40,323 nt of DNA from Candidatus Heimdallarchaeota archaeon (GTDB taxonomy: Archaea; Asgardarchaeota; Heimdallarchaeia; Heimdallarchaeales; Heimdallarchaeaceae), in contig DXJF01000089.1 in the NCBI GenBank assembly GCA_019057375.1, positions 1-40,323 of the forward strand, written 5' to 3'. Below are positions 1 through 8,883 of the stretch, in pieces. The notes beneath the pieces were generated by a model that was not told the DNA's origin, ran no database searches, and worked only from the letters and a program-made list of their open reading frames with translations. The translations under genes and the position numbers were made by a program. Position 1 is the stretch's first letter; every line of letters starts with the position of its first letter.

Positions 1-2
1 CA

Positions 3-158
3 GAAACTATTAAGAACAAAGATGTTGATTTCTGTATAGCTTTCGGAATGGCTCTAGCCTCTGAAAAGGTTCAATATAGCAAAATTCGCACTTTATCTTC
101 TAAAAATTATAGCCAGATTGCAGAGGAAATTCTTAGTACTAAAGAACTTATTAAATAG
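3..158 (+). CDS. 3' end of a CDS running in from the left edge (ETIKNKDVDFCIAFGMALASEKVQYSKIRTLSSKNYSQIAEEILSTKELIK*), product unknown
   Basis: Open frame from base 3 to TAG at 156-158, ending 3 nt from the stop of the convergent gene at 162; not in the ORF track because it is partial. Confidence 0.55.
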   Translation, partial: ETIKNKDVDFCIAFGMALASEKVQYSKIRTLSSKNYSQIAEEILSTKELIK

Positions 159-161
159 AAA

Positions 162-800
162 TCATTTTGTTAAATCAATTATACGTAAATTTTCAAGAGA
201 TTTTGAGACTATATTCAATTCTTGAATCTTCATTTCTTCATTTAATACATGTTCAAGAGTAGCATTAATAATTGGATGTTTAGGACCTAGAAGATCACAT
301 ATTTCTGGACCAGATGATATATCAAATGTTTCGATTACTCTAGTCATAGAAACTATTTTGTCTTTATCAAATGTTATGAGAGGCTTAAGTACTCGAAAAC
401 CTGCTGCTTGCTCAATCACAGAGATATTTGCTAGTGTTTGACTTGAAACCTGACCAAGACTTTCGCCTGTTCCAATATACTCTGCATTTTCTATTTTAGC
501 TATTTCTCCTGCAATTTGAAGCATGCATCTTTTCATCAATACAAAATAGTAAGAATGCTTACAATTATCAACAAATGACTGCAATGCGTCAGCTATATCA
601 ATAACATAAAATTTAGCCCAACCAAATTTTTTAGATAGTTGAATACTCTTTTCTATTGATTCTTCTCCTGCAAAATCAACATTGGAGAGATGTAATGGTA
701 TAATTTCATATCCAGCCTTTTGTAATAAGTATCCAGCAAGACCACTATCAAAACCTCCGCTAAGAAGTAAAATGACCTTTTTGGATTTCATATTAAACAC
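162..800 (-). CDS. thiI: ThiI-like PP-loop tRNA thiolation enzyme, catalytic domain only (no THUMP domain)
   Basis: PP-loop LLSGGFDS, ThiI signature TGESLGQVSSQTLANI, and C-terminal PEICDLLGPKHP resembling the ThiI Cys/PKHP motif. Only 212 aa; the true start may be the ATG at 791. Confidence 0.75.
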   Translation of the reverse strand: MFNMKSKKVILLLSGGFDSGLAGYLLQKAGYEIIPLHLSNVDFAGEESIEKSIQLSKKFGWAKFYVIDIADALQSFVDNCKHSYYFVLMKRCMLQIAGEIAKIENAEYIGTGESLGQVSSQTLANISVIEQAAGFRVLKPLITFDKDKIVSMTRVIETFDISSGPEICDLLGPKHPIINATLEHVLNEEMKIQELNIVSKSLENLRIIDLTK

Positions 801-868
801 TAAAGATTTAGGTCTTTTATAATGTTTAGATAGGAAAAATATTTTAGCAGATAAAGGAATTTTACTTA

Positions 869-1285
869 ATGAAAATTGAACAATTCACTATGGAAATGTA
901 TCAAGAAGTGAAACAGTTATGGGAAAAAACAGGACTCACTTTGGGGAAGTCTGATACAGAAGAAGAAGTTGAAAGAGCGTTAAGTTATGCTCAAGATCTA
1001 TTTATAATTGGTAAAAAACAAGATAAAATTGTTGCAGTAGTTATGGGGGCGTTTGATGGAAGAAGAGGATATGTTCACCATTTAGCTATAAATCCTGAAT
1101 ACCAGAGATTTGGATTAGGAAAAGAAATGATGGAAGAACTTCATAATCGATTTAGGAAGAAAAAAATAGTGAAGGTTCATCTATTTATTGAAGTTGACAA
1201 TGAAGGTGTAATTGATTTTTACAAGAAAGTAGGATGGCACTCTCGAGAAGATTTAGCTATGATGAGTTTTGTGCCCAATCCTTAA
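869..1285 (+). CDS. GNAT family N-acetyltransferase
   Basis: GYVHHLAINPEYQRFGLGKEMM (acetyl-CoA binding motif A) and NEGVIDFYKKVGW (motif B). Confidence 0.9.
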   Translation: MKIEQFTMEMYQEVKQLWEKTGLTLGKSDTEEEVERALSYAQDLFIIGKKQDKIVAVVMGAFDGRRGYVHHLAINPEYQRFGLGKEMMEELHNRFRKKKIVKVHLFIEVDNEGVIDFYKKVGWHSREDLAMMSFVPNP

Positions 1286-1328
1286 CTTATATCCTCGTGC
1301 CAATTGAGCATTATGAAAAAGAAAAGGA

Positions 1329-2099
1329 TTAAACAGGAGCTATTTCTATATTTAAAATTTCAAGAATCCTTACCATTTCCTTAACATCTTCTATGGTATT
1401 TATTCTCATAGAGCTTCTGAACATGCTTGAGTTAAGTTCTGAAGCAACCTTGAAGATATCTCTTCTTCTCCAGACATCCATTGATGGGTTATATAATAAA
1501 ATATACATTATTTTCTTATCTAAATCACAGAGTAGATAAGTATCAGCATATTCCAATCTTTTACCAATCATTTCTTTAAGAGAATTATCAGCATTAATAG
1601 CGTAAATTCGAGGTATTTTTCCAGAGAACATATCTATCATTCTTGTGTAGAGCTGCTTAATTGAAGTAGGATTGATGTCAGATTCTTTTTGCAGACTTCT
1701 ACCAATGAGAGTGAAGTATGGTTCTATTAGTCCATAGCTATCTAAAACATCTCTAACAGCACTTCCTTCAAAAAGGAAGTAAGCTACACACAGACGATAC
1801 CCTGCTGCTGCAATTCTTTCATCTGTTGAGGATGTTATCTCTGTTTCAAAAGGAATGGCTATTGCTTTCAAGTTTTCATTTTCAGGAACTGGAAGAGGTC
1901 CAAGCATCTTTGGATTCTTAGTTCCATCCACTCTTCCAATTGAACCTTTATCCATTTCAACTAAAGTCATTCCTTGCATTACCAGAGTAAGAGCTGCATT
2001 TTCTTCAAGGGTAGAATTATTAAACAAAATTTCAGGCCCATAGTCTTTGAAGATACTAAATACCAAAACTGGCTCTTTACTTACATTTGGATTTATCAT
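1329..2099 (-). CDS. Putative uDENN/longin-like N-terminal domain fused to a gelsolin-like C-terminal domain
   Basis: N-terminal LVFSIFKDYGPEIL and GPLPVP...DER pattern resemble NPRL2/uDENN-type longins. C-terminal LEYADTYLLCDLDKKIMYIL...RRRDIFKVASELNS..RINTIED follows the gelsolin-repeat pattern. Recognised by eye only. Confidence 0.5.
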   Translation of the reverse strand: MINPNVSKEPVLVFSIFKDYGPEILFNNSTLEENAALTLVMQGMTLVEMDKGSIGRVDGTKNPKMLGPLPVPENENLKAIAIPFETEITSSTDERIAAAGYRLCVAYFLFEGSAVRDVLDSYGLIEPYFTLIGRSLQKESDINPTSIKQLYTRMIDMFSGKIPRIYAINADNSLKEMIGKRLEYADTYLLCDLDKKIMYILLYNPSMDVWRRRDIFKVASELNSSMFRSSMRINTIEDVKEMVRILEILNIEIAPV

Positions 2100-2108
2100 T
2101 TTTTTTCC

Positions 2109-3104
2109 TCAATATTCATCTTCTTTTGATGGTTGTTGATCTAGCAATATTGCTATTTCAGGGATTTTAGACAAAAATTCATATTTGATTTGTCTAGGCA
2201 TTTCTTTCGTTGGATCACGTTCTTTATCTTCAATGAAAGCATTAAGAATCTCTTCAGCTAGAGATTGAGCTTTTGATTCACTATCATCTCGATCAACGAA
2301 TAAAACAATACTCCAAGACTCCATCTTTCGAATTACCATTTTGATCACACCAAGTTTGACAACATCCATCACCGATTCACTTTCAAAAATAGTAGAAGCC
2401 ATGATGTTTAGAGCACTAATTAAACCACCCAATAGAGTACTGTCATGCTCCTCAATTGATTTATCAAAAGTATGATCAAATGCGGGTACACCACCTTCTT
2501 GAAGAATAATAACTCTTTTAGGATTTACTTCTTCTCTCAATGGTGTCCTACCTGTCATCCTGGAAATAATCCAGTCAAATGCTGTATAGAAATTTTCGCC
2601 TGTTTTAATACTTACAGGATAAATGGAAACTGAACGATTAATATCATCCATGATTACTTGAAATGCTGGATCCTGAAGTAAATCTGGGAAAGGTACTGAA
2701 TCTGGTAAATCTGTTTTATTTGCCAAAAATAATATAGAGGTTGATTGTGGAATTTTATCAAACAGACTAAATATATATTCAAATGATGCTTCAATGTGAC
2801 GGGTGGATTGCCCATCAATAACAAAGACAATTCCATCAATTTTACTCAAAATATCTTGGAAATATGGGCTTTCTCTAGCAGTTTCTTCATCTGCTTCAAG
2901 AAGAGTAATGACAGATTTACCATAAGTAACATTAATGTAACAAGTTAATTGAGGAGGTTGTCCATCAGAAATGGTTCCATATAACAAACGGCTAACAACA
3001 CTGGATTTTCCTGACCCTTCAAGTCCCAATATAACAAGTTGGGGAATCTTCTGTTCTTGAGAAGAAATCAGCTTATCTCGGATAAAGGAAAGGTAGTTGC
3101 TCAA
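2109..3104 (-). CDS. Arf-like small GTPase with degenerate G3 motif, fused to a C-terminal longin-like domain
   Basis: G1 GLEGSGKSS, IVFVIDG strand, G4 NKTD, G5 SIKTG; G3 position reads LLEADEE. C-terminal VIILQEGGVPAF...LLGGLISALNIMASTIF...IVLFVD is a typical longin pattern. Confidence 0.75.
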   Translation of the reverse strand: MSNYLSFIRDKLISSQEQKIPQLVILGLEGSGKSSVVSRLLYGTISDGQPPQLTCYINVTYGKSVITLLEADEETARESPYFQDILSKIDGIVFVIDGQSTRHIEASFEYIFSLFDKIPQSTSILFLANKTDLPDSVPFPDLLQDPAFQVIMDDINRSVSIYPVSIKTGENFYTAFDWIISRMTGRTPLREEVNPKRVIILQEGGVPAFDHTFDKSIEEHDSTLLGGLISALNIMASTIFESESVMDVVKLGVIKMVIRKMESWSIVLFVDRDDSESKAQSLAEEILNAFIEDKERDPTKEMPRQIKYEFLSKIPEIAILLDQQPSKEDEY

Positions 3105-4115
3105 TTAACGTCTTCCTCCTTCAACTTCTAGAGGAAACTTACTCTCAAACACTTCATTGAGATTCTTTTTAACTTCCGTAGGATTTCGACTAAAGTTCTC
3201 TAGAATTCTAAGTTGTATTTGTTGAGCTCTTGTGACAGGATCAATAGGATCAATCATAACGGATAAACAGTAAGCTCCTCTCTTAACGTGACTTACATGT
3301 TTCTTAAACAAACTTTCCAATTTAACAGATTGTATGCTCTCTTTAGATTCAACAGCAAACATTCTAGTTAATTCTTTTAATTTCTTAAAATCATTAGCAA
3401 TTTCAGCTTGTTCAGTAGGTCTGCCAAAGATAGCTTCAGAGAGGATATTCCCACTTATATCTGCTAATACAGCTGCACCAATCTTAACTTTCCATTGTTG
3501 CGCGCCGCACAAAACATCGACTACCCAGTCCCATGCCTCATATACTCCCTGACCAGTTAGTGCTGATACTTTCTTTATGTTAAATGGTCTAAGATTTCTC
3601 AAAAACTTATCTAATTCGAAAGCTTCGTTAATCTCAGTTAGTTCTTTTGAATTTGGTAAATCACTTTTGTTTGCTAGAAATAGAACAGGAGCACTTTGTT
3701 TTGCAAAGTTTATGTAATGCCAAAAAGTTTGTTTTGATTCCTCAAATCTTACATGATCAGCTGAATCAACTAGATATATTACTGAATCAGCTCTTTCAAT
3801 AAACTTCTTCCATAAACTTAATCTGAAAGGTTGATGTCCACCTAGATCAAAACATGTGAAATTCAAATCACGATATTGATAGTTTTCTAGATTAATTCCA
3901 TATGTGGGTCTAACCACAATATCTTCCTGTTTTAGTAATTTCTTAACTAGAGATGTTTTACCTGCTCTTTCTAGACCTAATAATGCGACACTAAACTTGT
4001 TTCTCCCTACTACTGATTCTTGATATGTTCCCCCTGTCCGCTCTTGTTTACGTTGTTGTTTTTCTCGTTTTTGCTTCTCCTCTAAAATACGCTTTCGGAA
4101 CTCATAGAAGGACAT
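3105..4115 (-). CDS. Arf/Sar1-like small GTPase fused to a C-terminal longin/roadblock-like domain
   Basis: G1 GLERAGKTS, switch I PTYGIN, G3 FDLGGHQ, VIYLVDSAD, G4 NKSD, G5 SALTG. C-terminal ~130 aa has the AAVLADISGNIL...LSVMID strand-helix pattern. Confidence 0.85.
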   Translation of the reverse strand: MSFYEFRKRILEEKQKREKQQRKQERTGGTYQESVVGRNKFSVALLGLERAGKTSLVKKLLKQEDIVVRPTYGINLENYQYRDLNFTCFDLGGHQPFRLSLWKKFIERADSVIYLVDSADHVRFEESKQTFWHYINFAKQSAPVLFLANKSDLPNSKELTEINEAFELDKFLRNLRPFNIKKVSALTGQGVYEAWDWVVDVLCGAQQWKVKIGAAVLADISGNILSEAIFGRPTEQAEIANDFKKLKELTRMFAVESKESIQSVKLESLFKKHVSHVKRGAYCLSVMIDPIDPVTRAQQIQLRILENFSRNPTEVKKNLNEVFESKFPLEVEGGRR

Positions 4116-4119
4116 TCAT

Positions 4120-4125
4120 TCACCT
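4120..4125 (-). promoter_or_regulatory. Shine-Dalgarno-like AGGTGA upstream of the GTPase operon
   Basis: TCACCT on + at 4120-4125, 4 nt from the ATG at 4115; the same hexamer occurs at 5151-5156 before the uppP ATGs. Confidence 0.6.
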
Positions 4126-4317
4126 TTTTCTTTCAAATTTGGGAACTGGAATAGTACTGTTTTGAACAATTCTAATATAGTTTTTTCTATTTTAATGTTT
4201 TCGCTAACTGTAACATCTAGTAACTATTAATTAACGCTTATTCAATCAGAGTTATTTAAACATTCACATAGTAAAACCAGCCTAAAGCACATTAGATGGT
4301 ATTTGGGGAAAATTATA

Positions 4318-5154
4318 TTATGGGATAGTTATGAATTTTAGAGAGAACAAAATTAGAGTAATTATACCTAGGACCATGCAAATTAAAGCAAAGTTATACT
4401 TTCTTGCAATGAAAATAAAAAGCTCCATGGTAAGATAACCAATAATTGCGGTTAATATTACTGCGATAAGTAATAACCACCATTCAATTGGAAAAATGTT
4501 TCCTCCTTCTATAGCAACCACGATAAGATTCAAAATAAATCCACCTAAAACAGCTGGAATACTCATTAGAAAACTCCCTTTCACAGTATCTTCCTTTTTA
4601 GTGGACATTAATAACAATCCACTCATGGTTATTCCTGATCTGCTTATTCCCGGGATAATGGAAAATCCTTGTAGAAGGCCACTTGAAGTCATTTGTAGTT
4701 TGTTTAGCTCTTCGATTGTTTTTCCAGTTCGCTTTTGTTTTCCTGAATAATAGAGTAAGAATGCTGTAATAATTAAAGCCAGTCCAATCACCAGCATTAC
4801 ATATTCACCTATATTGGGACTTGTAATGAAGTATCTAACTAAGAAAAAGCAAGGAACTCCTGTAATTACAGTTCCTAGGGTACTATAAAATAGAAACCAT
4901 CTCCACTGAATTACAGACTCTTCTCTATTCTTATAATTGAGATATTGAAGAATTTCCTTCCTATATTTAACCAGAACAGCAATTAATGTTCCTAGATGTA
5001 ACCATATAGAAATTTCGAGAGCTAATTGGGGTTCTAAACCAGTAATGTATACTAAAAGTGAAACTGTTTGTCCTTCTGAACTGACTGGTAACCATTCTAA
5101 TATTCCTTGAATTAAAGCAAATAATAAAATGAACCAGCTGGACATCATTGTCAC
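4318..5154 (-). CDS. uppP: Undecaprenyl/polyprenyl-diphosphate phosphatase (BacA/UppP family)
   Basis: QGILEWLPVSSEG, LHLGTLIAV, QGFSIIPGISRSGIT and SFLMSIPAV motifs with multiple TM helices. The true start is probably the ATG at 5148 or 5145, after AGGTGA. Confidence 0.9.
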   Translation of the reverse strand: MTMMSSWFILLFALIQGILEWLPVSSEGQTVSLLVYITGLEPQLALEISIWLHLGTLIAVLVKYRKEILQYLNYKNREESVIQWRWFLFYSTLGTVITGVPCFFLVRYFITSPNIGEYVMLVIGLALIITAFLLYYSGKQKRTGKTIEELNKLQMTSSGLLQGFSIIPGISRSGITMSGLLLMSTKKEDTVKGSFLMSIPAVLGGFILNLIVVAIEGGNIFPIEWWLLLIAVILTAIIGYLTMELFIFIARKYNFALICMVLGIITLILFSLKFITIP

Positions 5155-5187
5155 CTATTTTTCTTAACGGTAAATCTAACTTACAAG

Positions 5188-5625
5188 TTATTCTTGACTT
5201 ATTCTCCATTGAATATATTCTTCTAATTGTTCTCCTGTAGAGACAATTTTTTCATCCCCATCTAGCTGAGAATCAATAGCTTTTCCTTCTATGATTAACA
5301 CCCATCCTTCTCCGTAGGGATCTGAATTTATCAATTCAGGTTGATTCTGATGTGCAGCATTCTTCTCTAGAATAGTACCATCAATTGGAGATTTGATTTG
5401 ACCAACCCATTTTCCACTTTCATATGTTCCTACTACTTGATTTTTCTTAACTCGTTTATCGACTTTCATCGTGCGAACAAATTCAATCGTACCAGCTCTT
5501 GAAGAAGCATAACTATCTATACCTATTTTTATGCTAGTTTCGTTTATTTTTCTGATCCACATATGGCCTGGTTCTCCCAGAACATAGAACAAATCGTCAG
5601 GGAATTCATAATCATTTATTTTCAT
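5188..5625 (-). CDS. gcvH: Glycine cleavage system H-like lipoyl carrier protein
   Basis: HMWIR, IGIDSYA, lipoyl-lysine motif YESGKWVGQIKSPIDG, and PELINSDPYGEGWV. Confidence 0.88.
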   Translation of the reverse strand: MKINDYEFPDDLFYVLGEPGHMWIRKINETSIKIGIDSYASSRAGTIEFVRTMKVDKRVKKNQVVGTYESGKWVGQIKSPIDGTILEKNAAHQNQPELINSDPYGEGWVLIIEGKAIDSQLDGDEKIVSTGEQLEEYIQWRISQE

Positions 5626-7034
5626 ATAATCAACCTACTTGCTATTTTCACAATTGCTTTTAATCTTACCAGTGGAAAGAACCTTATTCTTGGTGATATA
5701 ACTTTTCCTGGATTACTAATATTCTTGGGGTCTACTTTCTTTTTAAATTCCTGGTATCTTCTGTATTGCTCTTTTCCATAGATTGAGTTATAATAGCCAG
5801 AAAACCATAGTCCAGTTGAATAGGGGAATCCTTTTGCTCTACTTTTCTTTGTTGTGATTTTGTAAAGCTTCAAATTCAGAATTGTCTTTTTTATTTCTGA
5901 AAGTTTCTCTTCAAAGAGGAGATAAATTAGCAAAGAATAATGGGTTGGAGATATCATTTCGCCTTCTAAGTGAAGCTCTCCTTTGAATTTTGAGATTATT
6001 TTTCTGAAGAATCTTTCACTAGTTTCTACAGGTAAAATAACTTCGGTGACAAGATAATCAGTACATTCGCCTAGTAGTGAAAAACCTTTGAATCGGAAAT
6101 CCCAAATGTCTTTAATATATCGTCTATCTAGGATTTGCCCTCCAGAAACTCTGATTGCATTGTTAAAAAGGTTATTAAATTCCTTCTCCTCTTCCTCAAA
6201 ACTTACTTCTTTGGATATTATAGCCACATAGCTTCTAGGTAAATTGAAGCCGAATACCTCATTGAATGACGTAACATGATCAGGATTAAGAAACCATATA
6301 GAGAAGGGATTAATTTTTGATAATTGTTCTAATCCCTTAAGCATTTCTGAAGGTGAATCAAAAGTACATCCTTGGTGTTTTAACGGAATATCAAATTTAA
6401 TTTTTAATACAACTTCAGTAATTGTACCAAGGGTTCCATGTGATCCAACAAATAATGAAATATCATCTAACTCTGTATATCTTTTTCTTTCTCCATTTGG
6501 AAGTACTACTTCTAAAGCTGCAATCTGTTCTTTAGCTCCACCATATTGAATGCTGCCTATACCATAGCCACCATGAGCTATCCAACCACCTACAGTAGCA
6601 GAGTGAAAACTTGAAGGATAAGAACATAGAGAAAAACCTTCGAGATTCAATTGACGCTGAAGATCAGAAAATACTATGGATGGAGCAGTAGTAACTGTCA
6701 GTTCTAGAGGGTCAACAAGGAAGTGACTTTCTAGACCTTTTGTATCAACAACAACTCCTTTTTTGTACGGCACACTACCACCAAAACCTGCAGTTCCACC
6801 ACCTCTCTGAGTAATCGGAATACGAGTTTCATTAGCTAGTTCATAGATCTTCTGCATATCTTCTGTATTTCTCACTTGGATAACTCCATCTGGAAGATTC
6901 CCTATGAATAGCTTTACAACTTTGGGTAAATCTGACATATCTCTTGAATATATTTGCAATGTTGTTTTATTATCTCTGAAATTTTTACCTAAATATCGAG
7001 TGAAACGAGTACGAGTTGCTTTCTTTAGAGTCAT
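5622..7034 (-). CDS. FAD-binding oxidoreductase, GlcD/D-lactate dehydrogenase (VAO/PCMH) family
   Basis: QRGGGTAGFGGSVP, YPSSFHSATVGGWIA, FVGSHGTLGTITEV, and C-terminal DPKNISNPGK; ATGA overlaps with both neighbours. Confidence 0.85.
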   Translation of the reverse strand: MTLKKATRTRFTRYLGKNFRDNKTTLQIYSRDMSDLPKVVKLFIGNLPDGVIQVRNTEDMQKIYELANETRIPITQRGGGTAGFGGSVPYKKGVVVDTKGLESHFLVDPLELTVTTAPSIVFSDLQRQLNLEGFSLCSYPSSFHSATVGGWIAHGGYGIGSIQYGGAKEQIAALEVVLPNGERKRYTELDDISLFVGSHGTLGTITEVVLKIKFDIPLKHQGCTFDSPSEMLKGLEQLSKINPFSIWFLNPDHVTSFNEVFGFNLPRSYVAIISKEVSFEEEEKEFNNLFNNAIRVSGGQILDRRYIKDIWDFRFKGFSLLGECTDYLVTEVILPVETSERFFRKIISKFKGELHLEGEMISPTHYSLLIYLLFEEKLSEIKKTILNLKLYKITTKKSRAKGFPYSTGLWFSGYYNSIYGKEQYRRYQEFKKKVDPKNISNPGKVISPRIRFFPLVRLKAIVKIASRLII

Positions 7035-8224
7035 TGTTCTCCCTCCATTGCTCTTAAAAGTAATTCTGAGATATCTAAAACCTCAACATTCAAGCCATTC
7101 TTCTTTACTCCCGCTAGTATTGTGTCTATGCAAGTTGGACAACCATTAGCTACAATTTCTGCTTCTGAATATTCTATTTCTGAGATTAAGTGAGAATTCA
7201 CTTGACTTACTAAATCAGAATCATTTAGTTTGAGTAATCCTCCACCTCCACAACAAAGAGCATCATTTTTATTTGAAGGAAGCTCCTCAAATCTGACATT
7301 TGGTATTTGTTTGATTACTTCTCTTGGAGCTTCAACTAAACCACAGTGTCTAACTAACTCACAAGGATCTTTGAATGTTATCTTCTCTTTGATTGCATGC
7401 TTGAGTTTGAGTTTACCTTTTTTGATTAGCTCATCTGCTAATTCAGTGATATGTAGGACTTCGATATCCCATTTATCTCCAAGAACTCTAGGATAACCGA
7501 TTTTAAAAGCTCTATAGCATCCTGAACATGCGGTAACAATCCTCGTAATTCCTAATTCCTTTAGTTGGTCAAGATTATGTTTTGCAAAGTTTTTACCAAC
7601 AGAATAACCTCCAGCAAGAAATATAGGGGATCCACAACACCATTCATCTAAACCTAATATGGTGAAATTTACTCTAGTTTTACGGAGAATTTTGACAACA
7701 CTTGGAGCTATATTACCCATTTTACCTGAATATGAAGCTTGACAGCCTACAAAATAAGCTATTGAAGCCTTCCTCTTCGTTCTTTTACTCATATTTAACC
7801 CAGCTAAATCCGCCCAAACTAGCCTTTCTTCTGTAGGTAAACCATAGATATTTTGAGTTGTTTTGACTTTGTTGTACAATGATAGTAATAATGGACTCCA
7901 TCTACCTTTTCTGAAAGCTTCTTGTCTGACTTGCTCCCAAACCTTGAGCAGAGGAAGATCAACAAGACAAATGTTTTCACATGCTTTGCACATGGTACAA
8001 GCAAATATTGCTTCAAAGAGAGTTTTTGATACCTCTATCTTATTCTCTTCCTTTACACCTTCGGAAAAATACATCCTAATTTGTTCTAGAATCCCTCTAG
8101 GATGATTTGTTTCCCATTTGAGTTCTTTGAAAGTTGGACACAAAGAACAGTAACCACAATAAACGCATTTCTGAGCTATTTCTAGTAAATCTACATGCCA
8201 ATCAGTTGTAGTACTCATGAACAA
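7031..8224 (-). CDS. GlcF/HdrD-like Fe-S protein (2x[4Fe-4S] plus two CCG domains)
   Basis: CVYCGYCSLCP, CTMCKACENIC, YFVGC, WCCG, TACSGC, DPCEL, CCGGGG, NGCPTC. Confidence 0.88.
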   Translation of the reverse strand: MFMSTTTDWHVDLLEIAQKCVYCGYCSLCPTFKELKWETNHPRGILEQIRMYFSEGVKEENKIEVSKTLFEAIFACTMCKACENICLVDLPLLKVWEQVRQEAFRKGRWSPLLLSLYNKVKTTQNIYGLPTEERLVWADLAGLNMSKRTKRKASIAYFVGCQASYSGKMGNIAPSVVKILRKTRVNFTILGLDEWCCGSPIFLAGGYSVGKNFAKHNLDQLKELGITRIVTACSGCYRAFKIGYPRVLGDKWDIEVLHITELADELIKKGKLKLKHAIKEKITFKDPCELVRHCGLVEAPREVIKQIPNVRFEELPSNKNDALCCGGGGLLKLNDSDLVSQVNSHLISEIEYSEAEIVANGCPTCIDTILAGVKKNGLNVEVLDISELLLRAMEGEQ

Positions 8225-8296
8225 TAAAAGAATATTTTTTTTCCTTTAATCTTTTGTGGTGATGATAGAGCGTTATTGGAAATATATGAAAAATTT

Positions 8297-8848
8297 CTAA
8301 GGTTTATATCTGTTAAAAACAAAAAAGTGTAATTTCTTCTTTATCATAGAAACTAAAACAAAATTCTTTCTAACAGTTGTTGCTAATCTTCCAGCTCGAA
8401 CTAGCTCGATAGGGTCAATCTTTCCATCTTTCTCAATTATTTGAATCATGTATGGACTATGTTCTAAACCTGGTCCTTTCGTGTATACAGCGAAGTCCAC
8501 CCCAAATTTCAATCCTGGTCTAACAATATATCCTAGATTACGCAGGTAACGATATACATTCATCTTGTTCTCAAAATTCATATAAAATACATGACATTTC
8601 ATAATAAAATCTGCTTTGAGAACTTTCCCTCCTTCTTCATCAACAACTGATAGTTTCCTTTTTTCTAGAAGATACAAAGCTTCAAAGGAGGAGAGTTCAG
8701 ATGGATCTCTAAATTCATCTCCTAAATTTGGTTTTCTAACACCCATAGGTTTGCCATAAAAACCATTAGAATATAGCTCCGTCCCCTGTTCAATATCCCA
8801 AATAATAATCCTTCTCCCTATCATTTGAGCATTATATTTCGGAGCCAT
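8297..8848 (-). CDS. endA: tRNA-splicing endonuclease, catalytic subunit
   Basis: LSSFEALYLL, VYRYLRNLGYIVRPGLKFGVDFAVY, EHS and VRKN; the Tyr-His-Lys triad positions are occupied. Confidence 0.92.
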   Translation of the reverse strand: MAPKYNAQMIGRRIIIWDIEQGTELYSNGFYGKPMGVRKPNLGDEFRDPSELSSFEALYLLEKRKLSVVDEEGGKVLKADFIMKCHVFYMNFENKMNVYRYLRNLGYIVRPGLKFGVDFAVYTKGPGLEHSPYMIQIIEKDGKIDPIELVRAGRLATTVRKNFVLVSMIKKKLHFFVFNRYKP

Positions 8849-8883
8849 TATAGTTCTGAAATTTCATAATAATATAAATAGAT

